From IMG/VR virus record IMGVR_UViG_2778261458_000007: 39,379 nt of DNA; one strand, given 5' to 3'. A program made the translations under genes and the position numbers. Shown piece after piece: positions 25,790-33,683 of this stretch (position 1 is the stretch's first letter; the number at the start of each line of letters is the position of its first letter). This DNA is from a virus (taxonomy: Duplodnaviria > Heunggongvirae > Uroviricota > Caudoviricetes). The notes beneath the pieces were generated by a model, which worked only from the letters and a program-made list of their open reading frames with translations, ran no database searches and was not told where the DNA came from.

Positions 25790-27588
25790 GTTACTTTGGC
25801 CTTAATCCAGTAAACCAGAATCAGCAACTTGACGAAGCAGCATCAAATCCAGCGGGCTTTAACAGCGATGTTGGTTTTTTCGACAATGCTGTAGGAGCGG
25901 CATTGTCTGGTTTGTACTCCGGGCTGGTGGCAAAGCCAGATCAGTTGCTATGGGCAGGGATGGATAAAATCGTATCCCCGATTGCTCAGTTTATTAACGA
26001 AAACACCTCGCTCAATGATACTTCAGTTTCATACATTGCCGAGCAGAGAAAACTAGCAGAGCAGCAGGTTAAGCGGCTGACGCCTGATGCCGCGACAACC
26101 GGAACCGCCGGGCAGGTTCTTTATGGGTTGTTCGATATGGGCGGGCAGGCTGTTGTCGGTACAACGCTCGGTGGTCCTGTCGGAGGTGCAGCGGCGGTAA
26201 CTTCGCTACAGGGTTTTTCTGAGTTTGAACGGCTGACAGCACAGGGTGTTGATTTCAGGACGGCGCAGGAAGCGGGATTAGTGCAGGGCATTACTGCTGG
26301 TGCCGGAACACTGATCCCTATGAGCCTCGGGTTACGTGCTGGTGGTGCGCTGGCGGAAGGTGTGGCGGCTCAGCTTGCGCGGACGGGTGAGAGTTCAGTG
26401 CGACGCGCCGCAGCAACAGCAGTACGTGCAACGCCAGATATTGCCTATGCCGCAGGTACAAATATTGCGTTCGGTATGGCACAGCGTGGGCTTACTGCAA
26501 AAACGCTTCGTGATGGTGGCTATAGCGAAATGGCTAACCAGTATGATGTGTTGGATCGACAGGCAATTGCTATTGATGCTGTTCTTGGGGTGGCGTTTGG
26601 TGGTGTCGGCAGATTTATTAACTCTCGCGGCGAGTCTACAAACGCACCAAATTTTTCACCAGTTGATATCGATGCTGCACTGGCGGCGAATGCCGCTCAT
26701 CATGCTGAAATTGATATTGCGCCCGGCGTGCCGATCAACGTGCTTTCGCGCAATTCTCACATTCAGGCTCTGCGAAAAGCTATGTCTGATGTTAGCCAGG
26801 GGAGACCTGTAGACGTTACCAGCATTGTTGAGTCTGCATCTTTCAGTGAAATTCCTGGGCGCAAGAGTCTGCTGTCTCAGGCAGTTAATGAGGCTCTGTC
26901 ATCTGTAGATGATGGAGTAACGGCGCGCGCTATAGAAAATCGGTTGCTTGAAGAACAGGCCGCACAGCTTTTGCCGCGTGGAGATAGACAGGTTTACCAG
27001 TCTGAAATCGCTAATAGCCAACGAATTATTGAAAATCTCACTGAACAGCGTGCACAAATTCTTGCAGAAGAGCCAACCGGTAGCGGTAAAGCTTTGTCTC
27101 GTGCTCGATCAGATAAACAGGCCAGACTTCGCGATATTGATCAACGAATCCGGCAGGCACAAGAACGCCTGGAATTTTCCCGTAACGCGTTGGCACCGCA
27201 CGAGCCTGGCGGTCAGTTTTTTGAAGCTCGAGCAGAACTGGCTCGGAGACTGCAGGCAGAAAGTGAACTTAATGCTCAGGCTGTTTCATTCTATAAAACA
27301 GCAGAGGTCAGAACGCCAGACGAAGTAGCTCCTTTTGAGCCTGATAAAATATTGCAACAGGCAGAACAAAAAATGATGTCAGATCAGGCAGGAGATATTG
27401 ATCTGCGCATAGCTGCAGACTCGCTGCTTGAATCACCTGACATGATAATCACCGTGCTGGATGATGATGGTAATCCACAATCGCGCAGTGCGCGTGAAGT
27501 ACTGGATGAAGCGAACAGGGAAAGTGAGCAGGCAATACAGGATTCCAGCCTGTTTGATGTCGCTGTGGCGTGTTTCTTGAGAGGTTAA
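25786..27588 (+). CDS. Internal virion / DNA-ejection protein (600 aa)
   Basis: Gly/Ala-rich N-terminal half, coiled-coil-like C-terminal half; coupled to neighbours. Confidence 0.45.
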   Translation: MSYFGLNPVNQNQQLDEAASNPAGFNSDVGFFDNAVGAALSGLYSGLVAKPDQLLWAGMDKIVSPIAQFINENTSLNDTSVSYIAEQRKLAEQQVKRLTPDAATTGTAGQVLYGLFDMGGQAVVGTTLGGPVGGAAAVTSLQGFSEFERLTAQGVDFRTAQEAGLVQGITAGAGTLIPMSLGLRAGGALAEGVAAQLARTGESSVRRAAATAVRATPDIAYAAGTNIAFGMAQRGLTAKTLRDGGYSEMANQYDVLDRQAIAIDAVLGVAFGGVGRFINSRGESTNAPNFSPVDIDAALAANAAHHAEIDIAPGVPINVLSRNSHIQALRKAMSDVSQGRPVDVTSIVESASFSEIPGRKSLLSQAVNEALSSVDDGVTARAIENRLLEEQAAQLLPRGDRQVYQSEIANSQRIIENLTEQRAQILAEEPTGSGKALSRARSDKQARLRDIDQRIRQAQERLEFSRNALAPHEPGGQFFEARAELARRLQAESELNAQAVSFYKTAEVRTPDEVAPFEPDKILQQAEQKMMSDQAGDIDLRIAADSLLESPDMIITVLDDDGNPQSRSAREVLDEANRESEQAIQDSSLFDVAVACFLRG

Positions 27589-27593
27589 ATTAA

Positions 27594-30068
27594 ATGAGAC
27601 AGGAATGTATACAAGCGGTTCAGCAGGCGGCGCAGCGCATGTTAACGGCGCGAGAAATACAGAACATTGAAGACCGCATTTATCGAAATATGCGCTCCAT
27701 TGCTCGTGATGACCCGATGTCGTGGCGACAACTTTCCGAATCAGAGCGGCTATATCGAGCAGCACAATTGGCATCTGAAGAATTACAGCGAGAAGCGGCA
27801 TTAAAGAAACGTCGTGTGGCTCTCACTATAGCCGCGCGTCAGAGATTGGATAAATTTATCAATAGCTATCAAGGGGCTGATGGGAAACTTGGCGCTCTTA
27901 ACCGTACTATAGCTTTTAATGCAGACGGTAAATCTAATTTCCTCTCTGTTGAATCCAGAACAAAAGCCACTCGTGATTATGCATTGAGTCAATTGCAGGA
28001 GGCATTCGAAGCAGTTGATCCTCGCTTTTTTGGCCTGTTTGAAGATGAAGCGGGCGTGCGTGACCTGGTATATGAAATGCGAGGGCAAAATACTGGCAAT
28101 GCTAAAGCAAGAAAAGGTGCTAAGGCGTGGAGAGAAGTGACAGAGCTACTGCGCCGCCGGTTTAATGATGCTGGTGGGGACATTGGCTATCTCGAAAACT
28201 GGGGGATCCCTCAACATCATTCTATGGAAAAGGTTGGGGCGGTATCAAAAGATAAATGGGTTAGCGATGTTATAGGTAAGCTGGATCGCAAATATTATAC
28301 CCGAGCCGATGGACAACTGATGAACGATGTCGAGTTGTCTGCATTTCTTGGAGAGGCTTATAACACGATCGCTACTGGTGGGCTGAATAAGCTTACTGAT
28401 ACCGGAATGCGAATTTCCGGCGCACGTGCTAACCGTGGTAATGCATCACGACAGATACATTTCAAAGATGCAGATTCCTATCTGCAATATCAGCAACTTT
28501 ATGGCGATCGCTCTCTATGGGAAATCATGGTCGGTCACCTGGAAGGGATCAGTAAAGATATTGCTTTGGTGGAAACATATGGTCCAAACCCCGATCATGT
28601 TTTCCGTTCCCTTCTTGATCAGGTGAAGGCAGAAACGGCAACAGCTAACCCGAGTAAAACCGGTAGCGTCGAGCGGCTGGCGAACAAAACAGAGAACCTG
28701 TACAACTTTATTTCCGGAAAGACACAGCCTGTTGCGAATCCTCACATCGCGCGCTGGTCTGACAATATCAGAAACTGGCTGGTTGCCAGCAGGCTCGGAT
28801 CCGCGTTGCTGTCATCGTTCTCTGATCTTGGAACCATGTATCTGTCTGCGAAGGTTACCAACCTTCCAATGAACCAGTTATTCCGCAACCAGCTTGAAGC
28901 TATGGACCCAACGAACCGTACTGAGCTTGCGCGGGCGCGCCGCGCTGGTCTGGCGATGGAATCTCTACTTGGCAGCGTTAACCGCTGGGCGATGGATAAT
29001 ATGGGGCCGTCTGTGTCTCGTTGGGCTGCAACGGCGGTAATGCGTGCCAGTGGGCTTACAGCATGGTCAGATGCGCACAAGCGCGCTTATGGCGTAACCA
29101 TGATGGGAAGCCTGGGTGAAGTAGTGTCACGGACACCAGACCTTCGTAGCCTCGATGACTCTGATTTTCGTATCCTGAAAAGCAAAGGGATTACTGACAC
29201 AGACTGGAGCGTATGGAAGCTGGCGCAACAGGAGGACTGGGGGAACGGTAATAATACGATGCTGACACCGGAAAGCATTATGCGTATCCCTGATTCAGCA
29301 GTTAAACATCTTGGTGAGCCTGAACGTGTGAAATTTGAGGCAATGCGTAAACTGCTCGGTGCCGTAACTGAAGAAGTTGATATGGCTGTTATTACACCGG
29401 GCGCACGTGAACAGATGTTCGTAGGGTCTGGTCTTCAGCGTGGAACATGGAAAGGTGAATTAACGAGAAGTGTTTTCCTGTTTAAATCGTTCCCTATCTC
29501 GGTAGTTATGCGTCACTGGCATAGAGCTATGGGGATGCCGTCTGCTGGTGGGCGTGCGGCATATATAGCAACGTTTTTAGCAAGCACAACCATGCTTGGT
29601 GCTCTTTCCATGCAGATTACTGATCTTATTAATGGGAGAAATCCAAAAGAAATGACCGGTGACAACATGGTTAAATTCTGGATAAATGCATTTTTAAAAG
29701 GTGGTGGGGCAGGGTTGTATGGTGATTTTCTTTTCTCTGACCACACCAGGTACGGGAGCGGCGCACTAGCGTCGATGCTTGGCCCGGTAGCTGGTCTGGT
29801 TGATGACGTAGTGAAGATTGCTCAGGGCATACCATTAAATGCTGTGGAAGGGAAGAATGAGCAGACTGGTGGTGATCTGGTTAAGCTTGGGAAAGGTTTG
29901 ATGCCTGGTGCGAATCTCTGGTACTTGAAGGCGGCTCTCGATCACATGATCTTTAACCAGATGCAGGAGTATTTTTCACCAGGTTATTTGCGTAAAATGG
30001 AGCAACGTTCGAAGAAAGAGTTTAACCAGACATACTGGTGGCGACCTCAGGATGTCACTCCGCAATAA
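27594..30068 (+). CDS. Internal virion / DNA-ejection protein (824 aa)
   Basis: Large ORF with hydrophobic segments near C-terminus; T7 gp16-equivalent position. Confidence 0.45.
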   Translation: MRQECIQAVQQAAQRMLTAREIQNIEDRIYRNMRSIARDDPMSWRQLSESERLYRAAQLASEELQREAALKKRRVALTIAARQRLDKFINSYQGADGKLGALNRTIAFNADGKSNFLSVESRTKATRDYALSQLQEAFEAVDPRFFGLFEDEAGVRDLVYEMRGQNTGNAKARKGAKAWREVTELLRRRFNDAGGDIGYLENWGIPQHHSMEKVGAVSKDKWVSDVIGKLDRKYYTRADGQLMNDVELSAFLGEAYNTIATGGLNKLTDTGMRISGARANRGNASRQIHFKDADSYLQYQQLYGDRSLWEIMVGHLEGISKDIALVETYGPNPDHVFRSLLDQVKAETATANPSKTGSVERLANKTENLYNFISGKTQPVANPHIARWSDNIRNWLVASRLGSALLSSFSDLGTMYLSAKVTNLPMNQLFRNQLEAMDPTNRTELARARRAGLAMESLLGSVNRWAMDNMGPSVSRWAATAVMRASGLTAWSDAHKRAYGVTMMGSLGEVVSRTPDLRSLDDSDFRILKSKGITDTDWSVWKLAQQEDWGNGNNTMLTPESIMRIPDSAVKHLGEPERVKFEAMRKLLGAVTEEVDMAVITPGAREQMFVGSGLQRGTWKGELTRSVFLFKSFPISVVMRHWHRAMGMPSAGGRAAYIATFLASTTMLGALSMQITDLINGRNPKEMTGDNMVKFWINAFLKGGGAGLYGDFLFSDHTRYGSGALASMLGPVAGLVDDVVKIAQGIPLNAVEGKNEQTGGDLVKLGKGLMPGANLWYLKAALDHMIFNQMQEYFSPGYLRKMEQRSKKEFNQTYWWRPQDVTPQ

Positions 30069-30077
30069 GGAACAACA

Positions 30078-30491
30078 ATGAAGGAATTATTGCTGTTATC
30101 GGTATTTTTGATATCCGCTTGCTCGACATCCTATGATGTTTATGACGGTGTTGATAAGGCATATTGCGACAAAGTTAAAATGGATTTTTCTCTTGCCAAG
30201 ACGGCGAAGGATAGTTGTATTGATCACTACGTCAAGACTTATACCAAGCCAGCCTCATCGGCATCTGATATTGCTGAAGGTGCTGTGTTTGAGTGTAACA
30301 AGGTGATATCCATCGCAGCGAGTTCTTCATACGATGCTGCTGTATGTGCAATGGCTGAAAGAAACGGCATGTCAGTGCAAAAAATTAATAGCATGATAAG
30401 CAGTAATGACGAAGCCAAAATAAGAACTGATATCAGCTCGGTGAAAAAAGATGCCATGAACAGAGTTGTAAAATATCAGTCATCTTTATAA
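30078..30491 (+). CDS. Lipoprotein (137 aa), last gene of late operon
   Basis: Signal peptide with lipobox LISAC; RBS AAGGAA; GC visibly lower than structural genes; followed by palindrome and terminator. Confidence 0.55.
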   Translation: MKELLLLSVFLISACSTSYDVYDGVDKAYCDKVKMDFSLAKTAKDSCIDHYVKTYTKPASSASDIAEGAVFECNKVISIAASSSYDAAVCAMAERNGMSVQKINSMISSNDEAKIRTDISSVKKDAMNRVVKYQSSL

Positions 30492-30494
30492 GTC

Positions 30495-30506
30495 GTGACA
30501 TGTCAC
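30495..30506. repeat. Palindrome GTGACATGTCAC (copy 3)
   Basis: Perfect 12-bp palindrome between lipoprotein stop and late-operon terminator. Confidence 0.6.
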
Positions 30507-30507
30507 A

Positions 30508-30531
30508 GGCCGCTTTCGCGGCCTTGTTTTT
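30508..30531 (+). terminator. Intrinsic terminator ending the late structural operon
   Basis: Hairpin GGCCGC-TTTC-GCGGCC followed by TTGTTTTT. Confidence 0.65.
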
Positions 30532-30608
30532 AACGAATGCCACCGCCACCCGGGCGGGAATCCGCAGAACGCCCACCGCTGCGGGAGCCGTCAGCAGCAG
30601 TATCGCTG

Positions 30609-31112
30609 TTATACTATTGAGTTTAATGATATCTTGTCCTTAATATCATTAAGTTTGCCATATATCTTTTTTGCATAAAAATCAGCATCCTCAATAAACC
30701 TCGACTTCTCATTATCAGGCATATTTTTGAAGGTATGTGCACATGTATATTGAGAGTAGTATTTGTGAAATTCTTGATACGCATTATTGAGTTCTTGTAA
30801 GTCTTTTTTATACTCAGGAAGGTATATGTTTATTAGCATTTCCATCGTTTGCAACGGATTCGCTCTTGATACGTCAAATTTACTATCAGAGTGGTATCTG
30901 GCATTTTTTACGAAATTGAGAATGGTAATTGTGCTTGAATCTATGACTTTTTTAGTAAGTATACAATTTATAAATAATTGCTCGCATTTATCCCTTAATA
31001 TTTTTTGTCGCTCTAATCTTATGCTGTTTTTGTATCCTTGTCTTGCATTTATATAAGTGGAAACTATAGCAATAACTGCACCTATCAATGCGCCTAAGAT
31101 AGTATTATCCAT
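30609..31112 (-). CDS. Membrane-anchored protein of unknown function
   Basis: Start ATG 31112 with AGGTGG upstream; one N-terminal TM segment (ILGALIGAVIAIVSTYI); AT-rich coding sequence. Confidence 0.5.
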   Translation of the reverse strand: MDNTILGALIGAVIAIVSTYINARQGYKNSIRLERQKILRDKCEQLFINCILTKKVIDSSTITILNFVKNARYHSDSKFDVSRANPLQTMEMLINIYLPEYKKDLQELNNAYQEFHKYYSQYTCAHTFKNMPDNEKSRFIEDADFYAKKIYGKLNDIKDKISLNSIV

Positions 31113-31137
31113 ATAAGCCACCTAAACTGCGTAAAAT

Positions 31138-32001
31138 TTATTTCCTGCCACTTCTGTAGTATATGTTGCGACCATTTTTGGTCACATTAACAACATGACC
31201 CTTTGTTTCTACTTTGTTATTTGTTGCCTTATATACTTCAAAGTCAAACCATGATATATGACTTATTTCGTCTATAGATACCATAATTTCTAGACCTTGA
31301 ACTTTCTTTTTGCTTATCCCTTTTATCGCAGCACTGCGCTTAATTTGGATTTCACCTGGGTAAGCGTTTGTAAATGTAACAGATAAATTTTCTTTGTTTC
31401 TGTACCCTGACATTAAAGGAACAAAAGATATGTGTTGGTGTGGCCCTTGATTTTCCGTTGGCTCACCAGAACCATTTATTATTCCAACGTATACTTTATT
31501 TGATGATAAAGTAATTAACATTGGTTTCTTAGGATCTGATTCGATTGCATCAAGCAATAGCAAATCTAAAGAACCCTGGGAGTACGTTTTTCGCAATACC
31601 CTAGCTTTCATTGCCTCTGATATTTTGTCATAAATATCACGTTTATAAAAACAACCTAAAAGAAGATCTTTTAGCCAAACAAAAGATACATAACACAAAG
31701 AGAAGCAAATTGATGTGACTGACAGAAGAAGTAGCCACATGTAAATTCTATCTGTTTCTGGTTTTGACGTTACATTAAAAGTTTCCACCATATCGTGAAC
31801 TAGGTGAAAATCAGGATATTTATATTTTATAAATGAGGCAATTATTACCGAAGCAACAAGGCAATATGTACCTAATGCAGCTACTTTCATATAAAGAAGC
31901 TGGCCTTCATGTCGGTATAAACGGAAATAATGATACTGGTTAGCGGTTATCATAATATAACCACTAACCAGAATGGGGATAATTAGAAGAGCTAACAACA
32001 C
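31138..32001 (-). CDS. Membrane protein of unknown function (three N-terminal TM segments plus soluble domain)
   Basis: 287-aa ORF; GTG start overlapping stop of upstream 69-aa gene, RBS AAGGA; hydrophobic stretches at roughly residues 1-20, 40-60, 85-105; AT-rich. Confidence 0.5.
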   Translation of the reverse strand: MLLALLIIPILVSGYIMITANQYHYFRLYRHEGQLLYMKVAALGTYCLVASVIIASFIKYKYPDFHLVHDMVETFNVTSKPETDRIYMWLLLLSVTSICFSLCYVSFVWLKDLLLGCFYKRDIYDKISEAMKARVLRKTYSQGSLDLLLLDAIESDPKKPMLITLSSNKVYVGIINGSGEPTENQGPHQHISFVPLMSGYRNKENLSVTFTNAYPGEIQIKRSAAIKGISKKKVQGLEIMVSIDEISHISWFDFEVYKATNNKVETKGHVVNVTKNGRNIYYRSGRK

Positions 32002-32210
32002 TATTTCCTTACAGTGGCAAGATCCTGTTTAACGATTGCAGCAGCGAGACGACGCATCTCCTTAACCTCAGGAAGCTCAGAAATTTGCTGTGATGAGATA
32101 TACACTCCACCACGCTTGTTAACCTGCGCTGACGCCGGAACTTCTGCATTTTTTGCCTGAGGGCTGGGTGCATTATCCCTCGTTTTTGTACGAGCGAACC
32201 AAAATCCCAT
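32001..32210 (-). CDS. Small basic protein (69 aa), first gene of accessory operon
   Basis: Strong RBS AGGAGGAGAT; directly downstream of operator-overlapped promoter. Confidence 0.45.
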   Translation of the reverse strand: MGFWFARTKTRDNAPSPQAKNAEVPASAQVNKRGGVYISSQQISELPEVKEMRRLAAAIVKQDLATVRK

Positions 32211-32235
32211 ATCTCCTCCTCATGTAAACACATGG

Positions 32236-32252
32236 TTTACCTTTAAGGTAAT
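32236..32252. promoter_or_regulatory. Operator site 11 (accessory operon promoter): TTTACCTTTAAGGTAAT
   Basis: Overlaps -10 and +1 of leftward promoter TTGCAG-17-TACTAT. Confidence 0.55.
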
Positions 32253-32279
32253 AGTACGCTATTCACCCCCGGTCTGCAA
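32251..32279 (-). promoter_or_regulatory. Promoter of accessory membrane-protein operon
   Basis: On minus strand -35 TTGCAG (32279-32274), 17-bp spacer, -10 TACTAT (32256-32251) overlapping operator site 11. Confidence 0.45.
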
Positions 32280-32290
32280 TCTGTACAGAA

Positions 32291-32315
32291 TTATTTAAAG
32301 GCACATCCCTGTGCC
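32291..32315 (-). terminator. Hairpin terminator after Bro-N gene
   Basis: Hairpin GGCACA-GGGA-TGTGCC followed on minus strand by TTTAAATAA. Confidence 0.45.
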
Positions 32316-32323
32316 GCCGCCCG

Positions 32324-33034
32324 TCAGAAGAACCCTGCCTTGTCGTTGATGTACTCCGCGTGTGTCTGGATATCACGCAGGCATTTGCTCACACCGACGA
32401 TGTAGCAGAACATGGTGGTCAGCTCCGCCGCTGCGCCCGATACGTCGTGCCCGTCGTCCTGTAACTGGTTCAGCAGATTCATCAGCAGTGAGTTCTCTGT
32501 CAGGCCGAGAACACCAGACGGCGAATGAATCAGGCTGCGGTAGCCGGGCTTCAGTGGGGCGCTGTAGGTTTTGTTCTCTACCTTCATTGCCTGCATCACT
32601 GCTGACGCCGTGGCGTTGGCTACCTGGTCGGCAACCATCTTTATGCGTTCTTCCTGCGGGAGCGAGTTTTTAATGTAGCGTCCGGTGCGGCGGATCTGAG
32701 GAAGAACCTCACCTGTAACCCATTTACGAAAGCGGTAGGGTATAGTGCCTGGTGTCACTGCGTCGCGGCAGCGTAGGATCAGTGTGTAGAGGCCTGACTC
32801 GGAGATGATGTTGATCTCTTTTACTCGGCTGTCAAAAATTGCACGATGTTCATGCCCTATGTTGAACATAGACCTTTCATCATCATCCAGTTTTTCAAGT
32901 GCTTGGGTGACGTTTTGGATACGCAGCGCACTACAAACGTCTTGGGCTACAAACCATGGTTGGCCATCGATAATGATGGAACGGATAGGGTTAACAGATT
33001 CAAATTTGAAGATGGCAGTTTGAGCATTAGCCAT
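32324..33034 (-). CDS. Bro-N domain antirepressor-like protein
   Basis: N-terminal region FVAQDVCSALRIQN...ISESGLYTLILRCRD...FRKWVTGEVLPQIRRTG matches Bro-N-type antirepressors; start ATG 33034 with GGAG upstream. Confidence 0.65.
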   Translation of the reverse strand: MANAQTAIFKFESVNPIRSIIIDGQPWFVAQDVCSALRIQNVTQALEKLDDDERSMFNIGHEHRAIFDSRVKEINIISESGLYTLILRCRDAVTPGTIPYRFRKWVTGEVLPQIRRTGRYIKNSLPQEERIKMVADQVANATASAVMQAMKVENKTYSAPLKPGYRSLIHSPSGVLGLTENSLLMNLLNQLQDDGHDVSGAAAELTTMFCYIVGVSKCLRDIQTHAEYINDKAGFF

Positions 33035-33190
33035 GGTGGTTATCTCCACTTAGTGATTTTAATCACCACCGCAACGCCAATTACTGGTGGTGAACTGGAC
33101 AAGGTTGGCGTACCGGCCTAAGTGGTACCGGCGTCCTTTCGGACCCCTGCCCAGCCCACCATAATTCGGATATAGCTGTGCTTAACGCAT

Positions 33191-33213
33191 AAAAAAACCA
33201 CGTCTGGCGTGGT
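33191..33213 (-). terminator. Intrinsic terminator inside leader upstream of Bro-N gene
   Basis: Hairpin ACCACG-CCAGA-CGTGGT followed on minus strand by T-run. Confidence 0.55.
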
Positions 33214-33302
33214 ATGCGCCACTTAGTAACCCGGGACGCCAATCCCGGCACTGGATTTTGCCAGTGCCTGATTACTATGGCACAAGAGGAGTGCGATGTA
33301 AA

Positions 33303-33319
33303 TTTACCTCAAAGGTAAA
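33303..33319. promoter_or_regulatory. Operator site 12 (antirepressor leader promoter): TTTACCTCAAAGGTAAA
   Basis: Overlaps -10 of leftward promoter TTGCAA-17-TATATT. Confidence 0.55.
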
Positions 33320-33346
33320 TATAAGCACTCCACTTGGTAATTGCAA
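33318..33346 (-). promoter_or_regulatory. Promoter of structured leader/sRNA upstream of Bro-N gene
   Basis: On minus strand -35 TTGCAA (33346-33341), 17-bp spacer, -10 TATATT (33323-33318) overlapping operator site 12. Confidence 0.45.
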
Positions 33347-33349
33347 ACC

Positions 33350-33607
33350 TTATCTGGTTTGTTTTCGTAATTGTTCGGCACAATAGTCGAGATGTGTTTG
33401 CAGCTCCTGCATAGACATCTGTGAGCTGGTGACGTAGTTAATCAGTGCAGTCAGTTCGGCAAGTGGGCCATCGACATTAAATCCATCCTTATCGAGATCC
33501 CGGAGTAATTTCATCAAGTGCGATCCCTCCACCAGTGATCTGACGCCTCCCGGCGTGTGAATCCTTTCGGTAAATCCGTCTTCCAGTGGATAGTGATACT
33601 GCTGCAT
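33350..33607 (-). CDS. Small antirepressor-like protein (homolog of Bro-N protein C-terminal domain), LexA-box associated
   Basis: About 45 percent identity by eye to residues about 150-215 of the Bro-N protein (shared LAELT, QTH..Y); start at second ATG 33607 with GGAG RBS; LexA box 23 bp upstream. Confidence 0.5.
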   Translation of the reverse strand: MQQYHYPLEDGFTERIHTPGGVRSLVEGSHLMKLLRDLDKDGFNVDGPLAELTALINYVTSSQMSMQELQTHLDYCAEQLRKQTR

Positions 33608-33629
33608 CTTAATCTTCTCCATGCAATAA

Positions 33630-33645
33630 CTGTATATTTATACAG
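33630..33645. promoter_or_regulatory. LexA (SOS) box CTGTATATTTATACAG
   Basis: CTGT-N8-ACAG with AT-rich centre; extended match AACTGTATATTTATACAGTA to consensus TACTGTATATATATACAGTA; 23 bp upstream of small antirepressor-like gene. Confidence 0.75.
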
Positions 33646-33683
33646 TAGCAAATAATTTGTTTGCTATCCAGCACGTTTTGCAA

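Noticed and set aside
30625-30655. Inverted repeat TTAATGATAT ... ATATCATTAA
   Set aside because: Lies within the AT-rich 3' coding end of the 167-aa gene, where low-complexity palindromes arise easily; no T-run or operator half-site.
31138-32001. O-antigen polymerase (Wzy-like) or O-acetyltransferase assignment for the 287-aa membrane protein
   Set aside because: Those enzymes have about 10-12 TM helices; this protein has about three N-terminal TM segments and a soluble domain, so a seroconversion role cannot be claimed from sequence.
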